Positions 17,044-25,841 of a stretch of DNA of 27,271 nucleotides are shown piece after piece. The position numbers and the translations under genes were made by a program. The first letter of the stretch is position 1. Every line of letters begins with the position of its first letter. The stretch lies in the NCBI GenBank assembly GCA_963589455.1, contig CAVALT010000002.1, positions 1 to 27,271 of the forward strand, given 5' to 3'. The notes beneath the pieces are model-generated. The model was not told the origin of the DNA. It worked only from the letters and a program-made list of their open reading frames with translations, and ran no database searches. This DNA comes from Clostridiales bacterium. Lineage in GTDB: Bacteria; Bacillota; Clostridia; Lachnospirales; Lachnospiraceae.

Positions 17044-17165
17044 AATGATGCTGAGGTCAAGAACCTCTGGTCCAGGTTTCTTAAATACAACAATATACAA
17101 ATATTAAGAGCAATTCCGGACTTTATATCGCACAGGGCTGTTGAAAAGTCCGTTGAAGGGCAATT

Positions 17166-17248
17166 ATGTAAACAATTTAACCAAGTTTTCAACATCATTA
17201 TTGTTAATAATTCCAAAGCTTATAAATTGATTGTATATTTTTTAACAA
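17166..17248. promoter_or_regulatory. Rex-like operator(s) upstream of PFOR
   Basis: TTGTATATTTTTTAACAA (17231-17248), and a weaker ATGTAAACAATTTAACCA (17166-17183). Confidence 0.55.
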
Positions 17249-17424
17249 TTTTCAGTAAAGTCACATAATTTTCCTATCAAAAACATTTAAAATCGTGTAT
17301 ACTTTCAAATGATTGTATCGGAGGGAAAGCTATGCCCCGATACATAAGCGTTATAAACACATTGGATTCATCCGGAGCAGCATATAAGGCTCTTCAGATG
17401 AATAACAATAACGGAGGTAGATGT

Positions 17425-20400
17425 ATGAACAGTAACTTTAAAAAAGTCACCGTTGATGGAAACACTGCCGCTGCATTAGCTTCATATGCTTTTACAGAGG
17501 TAGCTACAATCTATCCGATCACTCCTTCATCAGGTATGGCTGAGGCTCTTGATGAGTGGAGCGCAAACGGAAAGAAGAACATCTTCGGCGAGACAGTTGA
17601 AGTAAGAGAGATGCAGCACGAGGGAGGTGCAGCAGGTGCACTTCACGGAGCTCTTCAGGGTGGTGCTTTAGGATCAACCTACACAGCTTCACAGGGACTT
17701 ATGCTTATGCTCCCGAACATGCACAAGATTGCAGGTGAGCAGCTTCCGGGCGTATTCCACGTTTCAGCACGTGCTCTTGCATCAAATGCTCTTTCTATCT
17801 ACGGTGATCATCAGGACGTTATGAACTGCCGTGCTACAGGCTTCATCATGATTGCAGGAAGCTCAGTACAGCAGGCATATCACATGTCAACGATATCTCA
17901 CCTTACAGCTATCAAGTCACACCTTCCGGTACTTCATTTCTTCGATGGTTTCCGTACCAGCCATGAGTACCAGAAGATCGAGGTATTCGATGACGAGACA
18001 ATGAAGACTCTTCCTGATTATGATGCAATCAGAAGATTCAGAGACAATGCTCTTAATTCAGATCATCCGAAGTCAAGAGGATCGGCTGAGGGTCCGGAGG
18101 TATTCTTTCAGAACCGTGAGTCTGTAAACAGATTCTATGATGATGTTCCGGCTATCGTTGAGGAGTACATGGGCAAGGTCAATGAGCTTGCAGGTACAGA
18201 CTATCAGCTGTTCAACTACTACGGAGCTGAGGATGCAGACTACGTTATCATAACCATGGGCTCATCTGCAGGCGTTATCAGAGAGACTATTGATTACTGG
18301 AATGCAAAGGGCAAGAAGTACGGCGTACTCGAGGTACATCTGTACAGACCGTTCATCAATGAGAAGTTAGTAGAGAAGCTTCCTAAGACAGTTAAGAAGA
18401 TTGCTGTTCTTGACCGTACAAAGGAGCCGGGTGCTCCGGGCGAGCCGCTGTACCTTGATGTTCGTAATGCTCTTATCGGTACTGAGTTTGCTCAGATTCC
18501 GGTTGTAGGCGGACGTTACGGCCTTGGTTCAAAGGACTTCACTCCTAATGACGCTATGGCTGTATATCTTAACCTTGAGGCAGCTGAGTCAAAGAACAAC
18601 TTCACTGTTTCCATCGTTGATGATGTTACTCATCTGTCACTTCCGGCAGCTCCTGAGTTTGACTCAACACCTGAAGGAAACTACTCATGTAAGTTCTGGG
18701 GTCTTGGCTCAGATGGTACTGTAGGTGCCAACAAGCAGGCAGTTAAGATCATCGGAGACAATACTGACTACAACGTACAGGCTTACTTCGCATATGACGC
18801 TAAGAAGTCAGGCGGTGTTACTATATCTCACTTAAGATTTGGTCCTAACCAGATCAAGGGCTCATACCAGATTAAGGCAGCTAACTACATTGCCTGTCAT
18901 AACCAGGCATATGTTCACAAGTATCCTCTTATAGATGACCTTAAGGAGGGCGGAAGCTTCCTTCTTAACTGTATCTGGAGTGATGAGGAGCTTGATAAGT
19001 ATCTTCCGGCTGACCTTAAGAGAAAGATCGCACAGAAGAAGGCTGTATTCTATACAATCGATGCATTTGATATCGGTAAGGAGTTAGGCCTCGGATCACG
19101 TATCAACATGGTCATGCAGGCAGGCTTCTTCAAGATCACCAATATCATCCCGATCGATACAGCTGTTAAGGCACTCAGATATCAGATCGAGAAGACCTAC
19201 GGTGCAAAGGGACAGGATGTCCTTGATATGAACTATGCAGCAGTTGATGCAGGTATTGCCAAGGTTCACAAGGTTGACTATCCTGCTTCTTGGGCTGATG
19301 CTCAGGATGAGCCGGCTCCGGAGTCAGATGCACCTGAGTTCTTCAAGAAGGTTCTCTTCAAGATGGCTCGTCAGCAGGGTAACGATGTTCCTGTCAGCGG
19401 CTTCCTTGGACATGAGGACGGAAGCTGGGAGCAGAACTATACAAAGTACGAGAAGCGCGGTATCGCAATCGAGGTTCCTACATGGGATGCTTCAAAGTGC
19501 GTAGAGTGTAACCGCTGCTCAGCAGTATGCTCACATGCAGTTATCAGACCTACTCTTCTTGATGAGGCAGAGGCTGCCAAGGCACCTGAAGGATATGTTC
19601 TTAAGCCGGCTAACGGACATGCAGGCATGCAGTATCATCTGTCTATCTCAGGTATGGACTGCACAGGCTGCGGAGTCTGCTTAAAGGCTTGCCCGACTAA
19701 GGCACTTTCAATGGTTAAGCTTCAGGATATCCAGGAGCAGAACGATATCAACTGGGATTACACAGTTAAGAACGTTAAGGATAAGGAGATCACTGATCCT
19801 AAGACAGTTAAGGAGAGCCAGTTCCTCAGACCTTACTTCGAGTTCTCAGGCGCTTGCGCAGGCTGCGGCGAGACACCTTACCTCAAGATGATCACACAGC
19901 TCTTCGGAGATCACATGAGAATCGCAAACTCAGCTGGTTGTACCCATATCTGGGGCGGTTCACCGGAGATTCCGTTCTGCACAAACGACAAGGGCCGCGG
20001 TGTAGCATGGGCTTCAGGTCTGTTCGAGGATACAGCAGAGTACGGCTATGGTATGTACCTTGGTACTGCTGCAGTACGTAAGTTCCTTAGAACAAGCCTT
20101 GCAGATCTTGCAGGCAAGACCTCAGATGCTGAGCTTAAGTCAGCTATCGAGGAGTGCCTTGAGCACTGGACAGACGGCAATGGAACACGTCAGCGTACAG
20201 ACCGTCTTATTGCAGCTCTTGAGGCTACAGCAAAGGATGATCAGGTTAACGCACTCTTAGAGCGTAAGGATTATCTCTACAAGACATCACAGTGGATTGT
20301 CGGCGGTGATGGATGGGCTTATGATATCGGATACTCAGGACTTGATCACGTAATCGCTTCAGGTGAGAACGTAAACATCCTCTGCGTAGATACCGAGGTT

Positions 20401-20943
20401 TACTCCAACACAGGCGGACAGGCTTCCAAGGCTACTCAGACTGCAGCAGTTGCTCAGTTCGCAGCTTCAGGTAAGAAGACAAAGAAGAAGGATCTTGGAC
20501 GTATGTGCATGTCCTATGGATATGTATATGTAGCACAGGTTGCTATGGGCTATGATCCGCAGCAGGTACTTAATGCAATCAAGGAGGCTGAGGCTTACGA
20601 CGGACCGTCTGTAATCATCGCATATGCTCCTTGTATCAACCACGGCATCAAGGGCGGCATGAGCAATACTCAGAACCGTATCAAGGAAGCTGTTGAGTGC
20701 GGATACTGGCACGCATACAGATTCAACCCGGAGCTTAAGGCACAGGGCAAGAATCCGTTCATCCTTGATTCTAAGGCTCCTGATCTCAGCAAGTTCAGAG
20801 ATTTCCTTATGAAGGAAGTACGTTACACCTCACTGCAGCGTAAGTTCCCTGACACAGCTGAAGCTCTCTATGCTAAGGCTCAGGCTGATGCACAGGATCG
20901 TACAGATATCTACCTTGCACTCGCTAACGGAGCACAGGTATAA
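17425..20943 (+). CDS. nifJ: Pyruvate:ferredoxin (flavodoxin) oxidoreductase
   Basis: DGNTAAA, YPITPSS, FDGFRTSHE, GLGSDGTVG, two ferredoxin Cys motifs, GACAGCGE, GGDGWAYDIG, YSNTGGQ; likely start ATG 17425 with GGAGG at 17413-17417. Confidence 0.96.
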   Translation: MNSNFKKVTVDGNTAAALASYAFTEVATIYPITPSSGMAEALDEWSANGKKNIFGETVEVREMQHEGGAAGALHGALQGGALGSTYTASQGLMLMLPNMHKIAGEQLPGVFHVSARALASNALSIYGDHQDVMNCRATGFIMIAGSSVQQAYHMSTISHLTAIKSHLPVLHFFDGFRTSHEYQKIEVFDDETMKTLPDYDAIRRFRDNALNSDHPKSRGSAEGPEVFFQNRESVNRFYDDVPAIVEEYMGKVNELAGTDYQLFNYYGAEDADYVIITMGSSAGVIRETIDYWNAKGKKYGVLEVHLYRPFINEKLVEKLPKTVKKIAVLDRTKEPGAPGEPLYLDVRNALIGTEFAQIPVVGGRYGLGSKDFTPNDAMAVYLNLEAAESKNNFTVSIVDDVTHLSLPAAPEFDSTPEGNYSCKFWGLGSDGTVGANKQAVKIIGDNTDYNVQAYFAYDAKKSGGVTISHLRFGPNQIKGSYQIKAANYIACHNQAYVHKYPLIDDLKEGGSFLLNCIWSDEELDKYLPADLKRKIAQKKAVFYTIDAFDIGKELGLGSRINMVMQAGFFKITNIIPIDTAVKALRYQIEKTYGAKGQDVLDMNYAAVDAGIAKVHKVDYPASWADAQDEPAPESDAPEFFKKVLFKMARQQGNDVPVSGFLGHEDGSWEQNYTKYEKRGIAIEVPTWDASKCVECNRCSAVCSHAVIRPTLLDEAEAAKAPEGYVLKPANGHAGMQYHLSISGMDCTGCGVCLKACPTKALSMVKLQDIQEQNDINWDYTVKNVKDKEITDPKTVKESQFLRPYFEFSGACAGCGETPYLKMITQLFGDHMRIANSAGCTHIWGGSPEIPFCTNDKGRGVAWASGLFEDTAEYGYGMYLGTAAVRKFLRTSLADLAGKTSDAELKSAIEECLEHWTDGNGTRQRTDRLIAALEATAKDDQVNALLERKDYLYKTSQWIVGGDGWAYDIGYSGLDHVIASGENVNILCVDTEVYSNTGGQASKATQTAAVAQFAASGKKTKKKDLGRMCMSYGYVYVAQVAMGYDPQQVLNAIKEAEAYDGPSVIIAYAPCINHGIKGGMSNTQNRIKEAVECGYWHAYRFNPELKAQGKNPFILDSKAPDLSKFRDFLMKEVRYTSLQRKFPDTAEALYAKAQADAQDRTDIYLALANGAQV

Positions 20944-20976
20944 TAGCTGTACCGACAGTTTAACAAACTAAAATCG

Positions 20977-21014
20977 AACCGCCCGACAGGCTTAGGTCTG
21001 CCGGGCGGTTTTTT
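20977..21014 (+). terminator. Intrinsic terminator after PFOR
   Basis: AACCGCCCGACAGGC-TTAG-GTCTGCCGGGCGGTT-TTTT. Confidence 0.88.
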
Positions 21015-21059
21015 GCATTGAAAAAAAAGTATTATCTATATAATAGTGCTTGCGCATAT

Positions 21060-21077
21060 TGGTATAATGGTATACAA
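21060..21077 (+). promoter_or_regulatory. Extended -10 promoter with an overlapping candidate GntR operator
   Basis: TGGTATAAT (21060-21068) followed by the near-palindrome TGGTATACAA (21068-21077). Confidence 0.5.
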
Positions 21078-21141
21078 TTATGCAAAAATCCACAATAACA
21101 CAGATATGTTGCACCGTTTTGTTGTATCGGAGGTTGCGAGT

Positions 21142-22524
21142 ATGCTTGAATTATCATCTAAGACCAATCTGTTGGAGGAAAATGCTTACAAATATCAGCT
21201 TCAGGATGTAAGAGATCCCAATCTCTTTCGTGATGTCTACAATTACGAGGAGGTTCCCAAGATAGGCTTCAACCATACACGAGTGCCTATGTCCATGCCG
21301 GAAAATATATGGATAACCGATACGACCTTCAGAGACGGACAGCAGTCGATAAATCCGTACACGGTCGATCAGATTGTTGATCTCTTTAAGCTTATGAGCA
21401 AGCTCGGAGGACCATACGGCCTCATCCGCATGTCAGAGTTCTTTGTATACAGTGACCGTGACAGAGAGGCTGTGGCAAGATGCCAGGATCTTGGACTCAG
21501 ATTTCCGGAGATAACCACCTGGATAAGAGCTACAAGAGAGGATTTTAAGCTGGTCAAGGATCTTGGCATAAGAGAGACCGGCATACTTGTATCCTGCAGT
21601 GACTATCATATATTCAAGAAGCTTAAGATGACGCGTAAGGAGGCAATGGAGATGTACCTTGCCACTGTGCGTGATGCCTTTGATGCCGGAGTAATGCCGC
21701 GCTGTCATCTTGAGGATATAACGAGAGCTGATTTCTACGGCTTTGTAGTGCCGTTTGTCAATGAGCTGATGAAGCTCTCAGAGGATGCACACATTCCGGT
21801 TCGTATACGTGCCTGTGATACCATGGGCTATGGAGTGCCCTACAGTGAGGTCTCACTTCCGCGAAGTGTTCCGGGCATTATCTACGGTCTGCAGCATTAT
21901 TCCGGAGTATCAAGCGATATGCTTGAGTGGCACGGACACAATGATTTTTATAAGGCTGTTTCAAATGCTGCTACGGCATGGCTCTTCGGAGCAAGCGGAG
22001 TAAACTGCACACTGCTCGGCATAGGCGAGCGTACCGGTAATGTACCGCTTGAGGCTATGGTATTTGAGTATGCTTCACTTCGAGGCTCCTTTGACGGCAT
22101 GGATCCAACTGTTATAACTGATATAGCAGAGTATTATAAAAATGAGATCGGCTATAAGATTCCGCCGATGACACCGTTTGTCGGAAGAAACTTTAATGTT
22201 ACAAGAGCCGGAATACATGCTGACGGACTGCTTAAGGATGAAGAAATCTACAATATCTTTGATACAGAGAAGATACTTAAGCGCCCGGCTATGGTTGCAA
22301 TAAACAAGAACTCGGGACTCGCAGGCATAGCCTACTGGATGAACCAGAATTATGTGCTTCGAGGCGATGCAATGGTGGATAAGCATGATCCGGTTGTCAT
22401 GAAGCTTAAGGAATGGGTTGATGCAGAATATGAGAGCGGAAGAACGGCGATGCTCTCCACAGAGGAGCTTGAGGGCAAGATAGAGGAGTTTTCAAACGGC
22501 AAGTATAAGAGGAAGAATTCATGA
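21142..22524 (+). CDS. Re-face-specific citrate synthase (isopropylmalate/homocitrate synthase fold)
   Basis: ITDTTFRDGQQ, EWHGHND, GIGERTGN, plus the RCHLEDITRAD and SCSDYHIFKKL segments I recognise from clostridial Re-citrate synthases; no LeuA regulatory domain; ATG 21142 with GGAGG. Confidence 0.82.
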   Translation: MLELSSKTNLLEENAYKYQLQDVRDPNLFRDVYNYEEVPKIGFNHTRVPMSMPENIWITDTTFRDGQQSINPYTVDQIVDLFKLMSKLGGPYGLIRMSEFFVYSDRDREAVARCQDLGLRFPEITTWIRATREDFKLVKDLGIRETGILVSCSDYHIFKKLKMTRKEAMEMYLATVRDAFDAGVMPRCHLEDITRADFYGFVVPFVNELMKLSEDAHIPVRIRACDTMGYGVPYSEVSLPRSVPGIIYGLQHYSGVSSDMLEWHGHNDFYKAVSNAATAWLFGASGVNCTLLGIGERTGNVPLEAMVFEYASLRGSFDGMDPTVITDIAEYYKNEIGYKIPPMTPFVGRNFNVTRAGIHADGLLKDEEIYNIFDTEKILKRPAMVAINKNSGLAGIAYWMNQNYVLRGDAMVDKHDPVVMKLKEWVDAEYESGRTAMLSTEELEGKIEEFSNGKYKRKNS

Positions 22525-23201
22525 GAGATCATAGAACAATATCGATAGCCGATCAGATATTTGAACAGCTTCAGAATGAGATATTATCAGGAAAATACAA
22601 AAAGGGCGAGATCCTGAGCGAAGCTAAGCTCTCGGATGAGCTCGGCGTAAGCAGAACACCGGTGAGGGAGGCTGTAAGACGCCTTGAGCAGGATCATATA
22701 CTTGATGAAAGCAGCAGAGGCATAGTGGTGGTGGGCATAAGTGCCGAGGATATGCTTGACATGTATGATATACGCATACAGCTCGAGGGACAGGCTGCAG
22801 CACGTGCTGCTAAAAATGTAACCGAGGAGCAGCTTGCAGAGATGCAGGAGGTTATTGATCTGCAAAAGTTCTATACTGATAAGGATGGTGATACCTCCGC
22901 GAAGAGCAATAATATCAGAGATATGGATTCAAGCTTCCACGAGCTTCTGTATCAGGCCTCAGGCAGCGTTGTATTTCATGATACTTTGAGCAACATTCAC
23001 AAGAAGATACTTAAATTCCGCAAGGCCTCAGTCAGCGACAAGAGCCGTGCAGAGCAGTCCTATGAGGAGCATCTGGCCATACTGGATGCACTTAAGCTCC
23101 ATGAGCCGGAGCTGGCACGCTCACGTACGGTGCAGCATATCATCAACGCCAGAGATAATATCAAGAAGCGCCTTGACAAGATTGATGAAAACGAAGCATA
23201 A
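22521..23201 (+). CDS. GntR family (FadR/FCD subfamily) transcriptional regulator
   Basis: wHTH LSEAKLSDELGVSRTPVREA; FCD motifs D..FH and EEHLAIL; ATGA overlap with the citrate synthase gene. Confidence 0.92.
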   Translation: MRDHRTISIADQIFEQLQNEILSGKYKKGEILSEAKLSDELGVSRTPVREAVRRLEQDHILDESSRGIVVVGISAEDMLDMYDIRIQLEGQAAARAAKNVTEEQLAEMQEVIDLQKFYTDKDGDTSAKSNNIRDMDSSFHELLYQASGSVVFHDTLSNIHKKILKFRKASVSDKSRAEQSYEEHLAILDALKLHEPELARSRTVQHIINARDNIKKRLDKIDENEA

Positions 23202-23366
23202 GCATAAGGCTGAACAGCCGATTATGCAGATTTATGGCTTCTTAAGGACTTCTTTATTAGTGCTTTGCGGGTCCTATACTAAAAAGTCAAAAGTCCGCCT
23301 GCAGGCAGGCTTGCAACAGGGCATTTACAGCTTTTGACCTGGACATCATTAAAATCAAAAGAGCAG

Positions 23367-23405
23367 GAAAATGGGCTGCCGTATCAAAACGGTCAGCCCA
23401 TTTTC
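23367..23405. terminator. Probable bidirectional terminator between gntR and the permease gene
   Basis: GAAAATGGGCTG-CCGT..ACGG-T-CAGCCCATTTTC between convergent genes. Confidence 0.75.
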
Positions 23406-23446
23406 TGTTTATACTTAAAGAGTTTATACTGCAGGCTCGGCTTGCT

Positions 23447-24913
23447 TTACTGCGTCATAAATGCATACCTGCAGATGAAGACCAGAGCTATTATGACAGC
23501 AAGAGGCTTTATCTCGCGTGCTTTGCCGGAGCAGAGCTTTATGATGCAGAAGGATATAAGTCCCATGGCTATGCCGTTTGCTATGGAATAAGTAAATGGC
23601 ATAAATATTATGGTACAGAAGGACGGGACGGCATCGGTCATATCACTGAAATCCACATCCTTTATATTGCTCAGCATCAGTACGCCGACAAATATCAGAG
23701 CCGGAGCTGTGGCTGCTGAGGGAACTATGCTGACTACAGGCGCCAGTATTATGGCGGCAATGAAAAGCAGCGAGGTTACAAGACTGGTCATGCCTGTCCT
23801 GCCGCCCTCAGCTATGCCGGCGCTGGACTCTACCATGGTTGTAACTGTGGAGGTGCCTACGAGTGCACCCGTTGCAGTTGATATGGCATCTGAGAGCATA
23901 GCCTCGTGCATGCGGATGATCTCTCCGTTTTTATCTATAAGACCGGATTGTCTTGCGGCACCCATCAGCGTACCCATTGAATCAAACATGTTTACCAGGG
24001 AAAAGCTGATAACCAACATGATGATGGTAAATACAGCTTCGGCAGCGGGTCTGCCGTCAAAAAAGCCTGACCAGCCTATCTTAAACAGGGAAACCTCTGC
24101 AAAGTCCTTAAACTTTGAGGCAATATTGAGATCAAAATTCGACAGGTGCGTAACTCCGAGAGGAATGCCGATTATGGTAGAAGCAATGATACCGATAAGC
24201 ACGCTGCCTTTGAGCTTTCGGATGTAAAGCACACTTATCACAGCAAAGCCTATGAGAGCTGTAACGGCACTCATGATGCTTCCGGCAAGTGCGGCAGCCT
24301 CGGGGTCGGAAGCGGCAAGACTTCCGTTAAAGTATGCTGCCATATCCAGATTCATCCATCCTGAGAAGTCAATCATACTTACAAGCGTAGATGAATTTGA
24401 CACGACGATTCCGGAATTCTTAAGTCCTATTATAGTAATGAACAGCCCGATGCCCGGAGAAATGGCATGCTTTACCGCTGCAGGAATGGAGTTGATTATA
24501 GCCGTCCTGAGACCGCAGATGGTAATAAAGATAAAGAGCAGGCCGGACAGAAATACAATGAACAGTGCGTCATTGTAGCTGTACCCCATGCTCAGCACGA
24601 CAGTATAGGCAAAAAAGGCGTTAAGACCCATGCCGGGAGCCTGCATAAGCGGAACTCTGGCATATACGGCACAGAGAAAGGTTCCTATAAATGCACCGAT
24701 GCAGGTGCCGATAAAAACGCCGTTGGAAATGCGCTCGGCATACTCGGCCTGCCCCATTATGGAGAAAGGATCCGACAGAACCTGAGGATTCAGTATCAGT
24801 ATGTACGCAACGGTAATAAAGGTTGTGATACCGGCAAGTATCTCGGTACGCATGCTGGAACCGTTCTCGCTAATACCGAAAAAGCTGTCCAGAATACCTT
24901 TTTTTGAATTCAT
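23447..24913 (-). CDS. NCS2/AzgA-type (PbuG-like) purine permease
   Basis: TEILAGITTF, APGMGLNAFF, GIGLFI, FDSMGT, ESSAGIAEGGRTG, PFTYSIANG; RBS GGAGGGG. Confidence 0.92.
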   Translation of the reverse strand: MNSKKGILDSFFGISENGSSMRTEILAGITTFITVAYILILNPQVLSDPFSIMGQAEYAERISNGVFIGTCIGAFIGTFLCAVYARVPLMQAPGMGLNAFFAYTVVLSMGYSYNDALFIVFLSGLLFIFITICGLRTAIINSIPAAVKHAISPGIGLFITIIGLKNSGIVVSNSSTLVSMIDFSGWMNLDMAAYFNGSLAASDPEAAALAGSIMSAVTALIGFAVISVLYIRKLKGSVLIGIIASTIIGIPLGVTHLSNFDLNIASKFKDFAEVSLFKIGWSGFFDGRPAAEAVFTIIMLVISFSLVNMFDSMGTLMGAARQSGLIDKNGEIIRMHEAMLSDAISTATGALVGTSTVTTMVESSAGIAEGGRTGMTSLVTSLLFIAAIILAPVVSIVPSAATAPALIFVGVLMLSNIKDVDFSDMTDAVPSFCTIIFMPFTYSIANGIAMGLISFCIIKLCSGKAREIKPLAVIIALVFICRYAFMTQ

Positions 24914-25073
24914 ATATCCCCTCCGACAGAAAAATGTACGATTTATGAATGGGTCAAAGGCTTTTGCCCCTAACCGACAATCACAAATCAGTATAACATA
25001 TTTACAGCTTTTTTCGGTGGTGTTAAACAGCAGGATTTAGTCTTACAAATACTAAAGTCGGTCAGGATACAAA

Positions 25074-25149
25074 GGGCCTCCGGCCAGACATATCGAGGAT
25101 TTGCGGCACAAATTCGAGATGGGTGCTGAATCGGGTGCTGAATAGTTAT
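25074..25149 (-). repeat. Repeat family B, partial inverted copy
   Basis: GGCCAG..TATCGAGGATTTGCGGCACAAATTCGAGATGGGTGCTGAAT approximates the reverse complement of about 4661-4722; contains a duplicated GGGTGCTGAAT. Confidence 0.75.
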
Positions 25150-25281
25150 AAAATATGTACCTTTTGCCCCTGGTATCATGCTATAATGTAGCTCGTAAAA
25201 ATGGCGTTATAAATGATACCGGAGTCAATAGCTTATGCATTTGGGTCCAGCATAATCATATAAATGCAAAGGAGCACATTC

Positions 25282-25698
25282 ATGAAAAAGGACGACTGCA
25301 TTTTCTGTAAGATAGCAAACGGTGAGATTCCGTCAGATACTGTATATGAGGATGAGCATTTCAGAGCCATACTTGATCTAAGTCCGGCAGTAAAGGGACA
25401 TACGCTTATCATCCCGAAGGAGCACTACAATGATCTGCTTGAGGCAGATGATGCTGTTATCGAGGAGGCCTTTAAGCTTGCAAAGCGCATAGGAGCTGCA
25501 GAGAAGAAGGCACTTGGCTGTGACGGCATAAATGTTGTACAGAATAACGGAGAAGCAGCCGGACAGACAGTGCATCACCTTCATGTTCATGTTATTCCGA
25601 GATATAACGGCGGCGAGAAGATCGTCACATGGCCGCAGCTTGAATCAGAGTCGGCAGAGCAGGCTGAGATAGCAGCCAAGATAGGCGGAGCACTTTAA
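25282..25698 (+). CDS. HIT family (Hint-like) nucleotide phosphoramidase
   Basis: CIFCKI zinc site, GHTLIIPK, AGQTVHHLHVHVIPR histidine triad; ATG 25282 with AAGGAG; extended -10 TGCTATAAT at 25179-25187. Confidence 0.93.
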   Translation: MKKDDCIFCKIANGEIPSDTVYEDEHFRAILDLSPAVKGHTLIIPKEHYNDLLEADDAVIEEAFKLAKRIGAAEKKALGCDGINVVQNNGEAAGQTVHHLHVHVIPRYNGGEKIVTWPQLESESAEQAEIAAKIGGAL

Positions 25699-25749
25699 GC
25701 AGACTACAGGATCGGCGCAGTCAGCTGATACCGGAGTGATTCGCATTTC

Positions 25750-25803
25750 CTGCTTCGCAGCGCAAATCCGGCATGGAAAATGCTTTAAGCAGCATTTCCT
25801 TAA
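25750..25803. repeat. Repeat family A, right-half fragment
   Basis: CTGCTTCGCAGCGCAAATCCGGCATGGAAAATGCTTTAAGCAGCATTTCCTTAA. Confidence 0.8.
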
Positions 25804-25841
25804 TGAATCCGAATCCGGCATTACAAATGAAGGGGGATATT

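Noticed and set aside
17425..20943. PFOR motif variants (EMQHEG, VCSHA, NSAGCTHIWGG) suggesting a non-pyruvate substrate
   Set aside because: The substrate-contacting motifs YPIT, HVSAR and YSNTGGQ and all cluster cysteines are retained.
25069..25095. AAAGGGCCTCCGGCCAGAC resembling the c-di-GMP-I riboswitch P3 region
   Set aside because: The P1/P2 elements are absent and the segment is part of the family B repeat.
24961..25171. 11-mer CTTTTGCCCCT repeated 200 bp apart
   Set aside because: Only two short copies with no supporting structure; may be chance.
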